The notes beneath the pieces were generated by a model. It was not told the DNA's origin. It saw nothing but the letters and a program-made list of their open reading frames with translations, and ran no database searches. From positions 1-64,000 of the forward strand of contig CDROCS010003167.1 of NCBI GenBank assembly GCA_977020255.1: DNA of 64,000 bases, in the 5' to 3' direction. This document shows positions 60,001 through 64,000 of the stretch, piece after piece. The stretch's first letter is position 1; each line of letters starts with the position of its first letter. A program made the translations under genes and the position numbers. This stretch comes from Obrimoposthia wandeli. Its lineage: Eukaryota.

Positions 60001-60343
60001 GTCTTGTAATAGATTCTCTGACTTAGCAATTAGCCGAGCTCATAACAAACTACAGATTAAGCTAGAAAAAGCTGTAGCGACCTGCTCTCATGAGTTAACT
60101 GTTGATTTAAGCAATATGGACCAGAAATCTGTTGAGAAAAATATCGTCAGCAACATGAGCACAAATGATAAAGTAAGCGCTATGAGTGATATGATTCGGG
60201 CGGCTAAAAAAAATAATTCAAGCGGTATGGATAAAAAAGCAGCTAAGATAAACATTGATAGAAAAACTGTCACTAACATGAGTGCAAGTGATAAAGTAAG
60301 CGCTATGAGTAACGTTCTACAAAATTTAAAGAAGGCATCGTAA
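57005..60343 (+). CDS. giant DndC-like PAPS-reductase-family (PP-loop, Fe-S) protein with long C-terminal extension
   Basis: FSSGKDS, DTLIE, CTNILKLDP, GSRNEESPRR, APIRDWPTSDVFDFL, EAC, GCGGSSERYGCNFCT. The start may be ATG 57044. Confidence 0.8.
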   Translation: MYNGGIQTNKVNDMDLLNQFAAEQHIEVNNILINAVADDNAHLVAIHDEFLNVVADAQAVIEHPAAAVVHVGFSSGKDSNLVLIAIMEAYRRSIASGAIEPERLLLVSTIDTLIEALPMQFMVDFSKHYIAKFAKKHNINLVHTITSPTLSSEYFVKYAGADKLVNNPSRTGDCTNILKLDPAMKVLSMQRKTILDGKRVISCTGSRNEESPRRLMNMRKQGVSNKAVDTILMEMSMTELSSTINFAPIRDWPTSDVFDFLRIIGSDALYSIRDQRDPVESYFPHFALLLEIYGKASNEACSITVNVSGKTESNGCGGSSERYGCNFCTRIITDRSAISVSQKPYWDFLGTTDALRVRDWLSRTASNPDARTMHPKAVDPVFNRIMFQSNVLKPRFLEKMVKYASQLTVNAIAKASEFDDLIKQGREAEHEGYAAILSDNSIHPKAKDQLLKMYKSGARKPYMPYFSLKHATLLSMKWSLLGVSSAPYRPLKIWDDAVKGNGVIPFPKLNSELPKSEWEMKSTPMVDPIVLPVHPAEFEKTFFEEGKPLLSYWEKPFDIMDMYDHSNCRKAKKPKGTYMIKAFFSGTFNACENGISLSVDITKVADAKTGKALDFNNEWVAKSEIESLLENKVFSYLIENHGVNRFSDLSFTNKQDAEKAARELTLLVKDVESGNLSICYLNKKPLFSGIKKEPVKSIPKRNATERVRLSGKSGKVVKTSTRCKFYTPSTTPNLELKVCNFINMAVVDFNTEDESTISIRDYFDEIPSEIEPIMFNELEHLNWLDYGGYEKAIQLHDEFVESKIKYRHLQDMPRVRRYSGSEPISRLMNESGLMIEPSYKKQFEKTLKRTHLLKECGAFDLQALSFDDLTAYKGTISMEQHRSDKAAYLLKVRAKKNEQRRDIKNLAAKAKTDLPSFVVDVATKIQSDLFANAMSYIDYLDGMAIDSDGFVSGSGVDCEVPMKTQIKAFKTWFNFYGAALSSYDEFKKVFLGQDYNKALSCNRFSDLAISRAHNKLQIKLEKAVATCSHELTVDLSNMDQKSVEKNIVSNMSTNDKVSAMSDMIRAAKKNNSSGMDKKAAKINIDRKTVTNMSASDKVSAMSNVLQNLKKAS

Positions 60344-60346
60344 GTC

Positions 60347-60859
60347 ATGACAGAGCAAGCAGAGCAACACTACCAACCGTTTAAACTGGTTACAGCGGAC
60401 AAGGTCTCTGGAAAGACCAAGGTCGCAATGTCGACGTTGCGGAAGTGGACAAAATCAAGACCGGACAGGATCCGACTCTTAGAGTTCTCGGTGTTCTTCG
60501 GTTTATTTGACAGTGAGCTTACACCGGCTCTGTTTGATAAGGACCTAACTCTTTACAACGCAATCAAGATTTGCTGTGGAGATGATATAAAGGTTCAGGA
60601 CATCTCGCGGTTAATAGGTGTGCCAGCAAAAACATTTAATAGCTGGTGGGTAGGAGAAGACAGTAAGCGGACGCTTGCCGTCTCAATGGTATTGGCTTCT
60701 GCTGCCCTGCTATTTATAGGCTCTAAGGCGCGTACAGGCTCTTACTGGTCATCAACCGACATAGAGGTTGAACTATCTAATAAGGCGGAGGTAAACGCCC
60801 TGCTAACAAGTGAAGTTGCTACAATTACGTTCCATCATTGGATGGATTCAAAGAACTGA
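60347..60859 (+). CDS. probable DNA-binding protein with two HTH-like segments
   Basis: VAMSTLRKW and ISRLIGVPAKTFNSW; starts 3 bp after the DndC-like stop. Confidence 0.6.
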   Translation: MTEQAEQHYQPFKLVTADKVSGKTKVAMSTLRKWTKSRPDRIRLLEFSVFFGLFDSELTPALFDKDLTLYNAIKICCGDDIKVQDISRLIGVPAKTFNSWWVGEDSKRTLAVSMVLASAALLFIGSKARTGSYWSSTDIEVELSNKAEVNALLTSEVATITFHHWMDSKN

Positions 60860-61758
60860 TGACTTATCCAATTAGTTATCCGGTAGTAATCCAGTCTAGA
60901 GCAGCGTTTGTAGCCGAGTTAGCTGAGTGCGAAAGTGGTCGGCATGAGGATGCAGAGACCGCTCGAACCGATGGTGACTTGGAGCTTATTGCGGACTGCG
61001 GATATGAGTGTGTTGTTAATGACTTCCTATTCCGCCATAACGCAAAGATTGAGTTGCGAAGTCAGGCTGAGCTCGATGAGCTTCATTACGCGCTAACTTC
61101 CGGCACAATTGGAATGTACAAAGAGCGCGCAACAGATCTTATGATTGCTAAGCTAGATAACTTAATTCTAACTGGATGCCAGACAGCGCCAAAGACCACA
61201 AATAAGGTTGGCAAGGTTGATGATGTAACAGCCAAGCAAATTATTGGAATGTTTGGCCATGCAGTTAATGAGCAGCTAAGTCAGGCTGCTCATATCTTCG
61301 TTGTTAATCCTATACCAGATGCCGCGTTCAGTAAGATGGTTATCAAATACAGCAAGTCAAGAAGCGTAACCACCTCGACAGCCGAGATTGTGAATGGCAT
61401 ACCTTCTTTGAAATTTGCGATAGCAGATATTGTTGATGGTCATCACGCAGGTAAAACTAGTTTCCAATATGACGAATATGACTCCATCAAGAACCATCGC
61501 TTAATCGGCTCATGCACAGGCGATATAAACGTTTACATTTCCTGCCTTGTTAGTCATGAGTTGGCTCATATAATTCAGGACTCGATCTTCTTATCAGCGC
61601 AGAGAAGTAAGGATACTTGGAATGGAATAGAGGTATCAACGCTTGAGAAACCACATGGTCAAGGATGGCGAGAAATATACTCGCGCCTGAGGCTAAATCT
61701 AGCAAATAAGCTACCAACTTACCAATCCATAACGGCGACTAAATCAGGTAACCTGTAG
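60838..61758 (+). CDS. SprT-like zinc metalloprotease
   Basis: LVSHELAHIIQ plus PHGQGWREIY; TGATG overlap gives a likely start at 60859. Confidence 0.75.
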   Translation: MDGFKELMTYPISYPVVIQSRAAFVAELAECESGRHEDAETARTDGDLELIADCGYECVVNDFLFRHNAKIELRSQAELDELHYALTSGTIGMYKERATDLMIAKLDNLILTGCQTAPKTTNKVGKVDDVTAKQIIGMFGHAVNEQLSQAAHIFVVNPIPDAAFSKMVIKYSKSRSVTTSTAEIVNGIPSLKFAIADIVDGHHAGKTSFQYDEYDSIKNHRLIGSCTGDINVYISCLVSHELAHIIQDSIFLSAQRSKDTWNGIEVSTLEKPHGQGWREIYSRLRLNLANKLPTYQSITATKSGNL

Positions 61759-61778
61759 GCGATACAACAGCCTCAAAT

Positions 61779-61802
61779 AAAAAAGGCCTCTTTTGGAGGC
61801 CT
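61779..61802. terminator. terminator-like hairpin between convergent genes
   Basis: aggcctc-ttttg-gaggcct flanked by an A tract. Confidence 0.6.
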
Positions 61803-61829
61803 GAAAATATTCTAATTATTCACTAGTGC

Positions 61830-63059
61830 TCATGATGTGCAGGAAACTGGTCGGTCATCTAGCTCAACATTTACATAACCACCATCAATACCATCAATAC
61901 CGGATTCGGTATAAACTTTGAGAATGGTTAATTTAGTTCCATCACCACTAACTCCTCTGTACAGCGTAAACAGCTCAAAACGGTCAATGAGATTGAAACT
62001 TAAATGTGAAATTTGAGCTGAGCGATTACCTAAATCAAGTTGGAATGGTGTTTTTGTCCAAACAGACAAACAGTTGTAACTTCTTCCTGTTGTTAACTGG
62101 TGTGTATTAGCTTTTCGATCAGCCCACATGGCCGTTTCTTTTTTCTCTAAACTCTGCTTATGCAATTGGTTTTTCTTGAGTAAATCTCTTTGCTTTTTAT
62201 TTATTTCCGGTTGTCGCGCTTTGACTGTAGGCATCATTGTGTCGTACTTCATTTGAGCTGTACCATGAGGTAATTCACAGGCTTGCGTCTCTTTGACGAA
62301 ATTAGCGAAATGAGTGTTATATTGATCTCGTATCTGAAGGCATAACTGCTTTACTGTGCTATTGAATAGGCGAGCCTCTTTTTTCCACTTGGTCACGTTA
62401 CTAGCTATTTCTTGTTCAGCGATTTTTACGTCTTTTTCATGCACAACAGGCAGCATGATGTTAAGTTTAATCTCGCTAGGCGAGCCCTGCATACCCATTA
62501 TTTGATCATGAGTCTGGCAAGTTCTTTTTTCAGAATTGTAGCGTGAGTACTTAAATGCTCCACACAACTCCTCAATAGTATTATAGGTTTCAGCTTCTTT
62601 TATCCACGCTGTATTTTGGGATTTCTGTAAGACCTTTTCATTATTAATAAACTCGATTAGCCCTTCTTTATCGTTTGCAGCAAAGTTTGCTTTATTACCT
62701 CCATAACCAGATTTCACATAGCAGCGTCGTTCAAGTCCACGACCATCTAGGTAACCGCCTGTATCTTTACATACTCTGATAAAATCTAATCTTTCTTCTT
62801 CTTTTTTGATTTCTGCCTGCCTCAAAGATAGGGAATATTGGATGTGCGCATCTTTTATTACATTAAACATGTTGCATTCACCACTCTTTGTTAGCAACAA
62901 TCCGTTTTCTCGGCATACTTGATTTCTGTCGAGATTATGCGCCTGCATCTGATCTTTAACTTCATCGCTTGTGGTAGCGCAACCGGTAACAAGTAAAGCC
63001 GTAGAGCACAATATAGCAAATCCAGAACTTTTCATTTTCATTTTCATTTTCATTTTCAT
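61830..63059 (-). CDS. lipoprotein with MKMKMKMKMK N-terminus
   Basis: Lipobox VTGC; several Cys pairs and coiled-coil segments. Confidence 0.8.
   Translation of the reverse strand: MKMKMKMKMKSSGFAILCSTALLVTGCATTSDEVKDQMQAHNLDRNQVCRENGLLLTKSGECNMFNVIKDAHIQYSLSLRQAEIKKEEERLDFIRVCKDTGGYLDGRGLERRCYVKSGYGGNKANFAANDKEGLIEFINNEKVLQKSQNTAWIKEAETYNTIEELCGAFKYSRYNSEKRTCQTHDQIMGMQGSPSEIKLNIMLPVVHEKDVKIAEQEIASNVTKWKKEARLFNSTVKQLCLQIRDQYNTHFANFVKETQACELPHGTAQMKYDTMMPTVKARQPEINKKQRDLLKKNQLHKQSLEKKETAMWADRKANTHQLTTGRSYNCLSVWTKTPFQLDLGNRSAQISHLSFNLIDRFELFTLYRGVSGDGTKLTILKVYTESGIDGIDGGYVNVELDDRPVSCTS
63029..63058. repeat. (TTTTCA)5 microsatellite encoding five tandem Met-Lys
   Basis: Five perfect units at the start of the lipoprotein gene. 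Confidence 0.9.
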
Positions 63060-63294
63060 TTTACCAATCCTTAGTTAACTGTAATGATTTTCAGACGAGA
63101 TATTGATATTAATAGCTTAGTCTTAACATGCTAAATACAAATCTAAACTATCTAGCTATGGGTTATCACATAGTACCACGCACTACCTACAAGTGGATAT
63201 ACAAGTGTTTGTTATAAGTCATCTAAAGTGGTTGTAATAACATAGCCAAGAGAGGTTGCGTTCACATTAATATTGCCTTGTGTTAACACTGCTT

Positions 63295-63337
63295 TGTTTT
63301 CAAAAACCATTGACTACAACTCTAAACGTGGTAATAT
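63295..63337 (+). promoter_or_regulatory. shared promoter element (no hairpin)
   Basis: TGTTTTCAAAAAC-ca-TTGACT-16bp-TAATAT. Confidence 0.8.
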
Positions 63338-63388
63338 AGGCCATCTTGATAGTGCTTAGTCACTGAAATAACTAATTAAGGCCGCGTT

Positions 63389-63640
63389 ATGATCCCTTTG
63401 TGGACCGAAGATACGGAGTTTGTGCGCCAGATGAAGATTTGTCGATTCTACGCTTTAGAGAATTGCGCTTTCTGTGACAAAAAGACAAACCTGTTGCACG
63501 AAAACACAAACAGTTTCGTCTGTCTTGACTGTGCAAAAGTACGAAAGGTTTCAGAGTTACCAGAGGATTATGGCCAGAACATCCGAGCATCTAAACGAGC
63601 TGGCACATTTGACCGTGGTGATAGTGTTAGAGCTAATTAG
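63389..63640 (+). CDS. small Zn-finger-like protein
   Basis: CAFC...CLDC; lies behind a shared promoter element. Confidence 0.6.
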   Translation: MIPLWTEDTEFVRQMKICRFYALENCAFCDKKTNLLHENTNSFVCLDCAKVRKVSELPEDYGQNIRASKRAGTFDRGDSVRAN

Positions 63641-63737
63641 GCGGTCAACAATATCATTATGCTGGTGGGTGAATGCTTTTTCATTCCGAAATTTATAACT
63701 TTTTGATATCAGATATCAAAATTAAGGATCCTAGATT

Positions 63738-64000
63738 ATGTACTTAACCGTTATCTCAGGCTGTGGCGCTATTCATTATGACTTTTGCGAAAGTAATCCT
63801 GATTCACTTAATGCTGATATAGCTCTTGTTATGGCTGGTTACGCTAAGGGATCTGAGCAAGATGCGCATGACCACGGTTACTCAAAGGTTGTAATGATGG
63901 CTGTGCCTGAGACCAATGATAAGATCGAAGGCTTTATCTATCGACAAGGACTTCAGGTTCGGTTATATCAAAATAAGCCTTTATACGATAATAACGGAAA
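63738..64000 (+). CDS. hypothetical protein, truncated by the window end
   Basis: AAGGA RBS, ATG at 63738, frame open to 64000 (MYLTVISGCGAIHYDFCES...). Confidence 0.55.
   Translation, partial: MYLTVISGCGAIHYDFCESNPDSLNADIALVMAGYAKGSEQDAHDHGYSKVVMMAVPETNDKIEGFIYRQGLQVRLYQNKPLYDNNG

Noticed and set aside
55274-60343. Complete canonical dndABCDE or sspABCD locus
   Set aside because: No cysteine desulfurase, SMC-like DndD, DndE or SspB/C in the window; the orientation is divergent and the enzyme is about twice the usual DndC size
1-64000. tRNA, rRNA, IS/integron elements and phage structural modules
   Set aside because: None recognised by eye; tRNAscan-SE, ISEScan and HMM searches would be needed to exclude them formally

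Overview
This AT-rich (about 41-42% GC by eye) 64-kb window is densely coding and mostly hypothetical genes. It has no rRNA, recognisable tRNA, CRISPR array or housekeeping operon. The content points to the accessory or establishment region of a very large conjugative plasmid of a marine gammaproteobacterium (inference; no rep, relaxase or core T4SS gene is in the window). Recognisable parts: a hipBA module with its operator, an S26 signal peptidase, a PncC/CinA enzyme, an ADP-ribosylglycohydrolase with two ADP-ribosyltransferase-like proteins, an ATPase-wHTH-PD(D/E)XK (DUF234-type) protein beside a 56-bp tandem array, and two inverted triplets of PilV-like prepilin adhesins with phage tail-fibre-like tips. 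Main discoveries: (1) a divergent sulfur-chemistry module of a TusA-like carrier and a DndB/DGQHR-like protein facing a 1112-aa DndC-like PP-loop/Fe-S enzyme, an HTH protein and a SprT protease, with no dndD/E or ssp genes in the window; (2) a dispersed 12-member promoter family with the palindrome GTTTTC(G/A)AAAAC abutting -35 and a 16-bp spacer, 8 members of which carry a covarying GUGGU-loop hairpin in the 5' leader; (3) at least 29 Chi octamers on both strands; (4) a resolvase lacking its catalytic serine, with matching 37-bp operators; (5) microsatellites at the junctions of one adhesin operon. All domain calls come from motif recognition by eye, not database searches.
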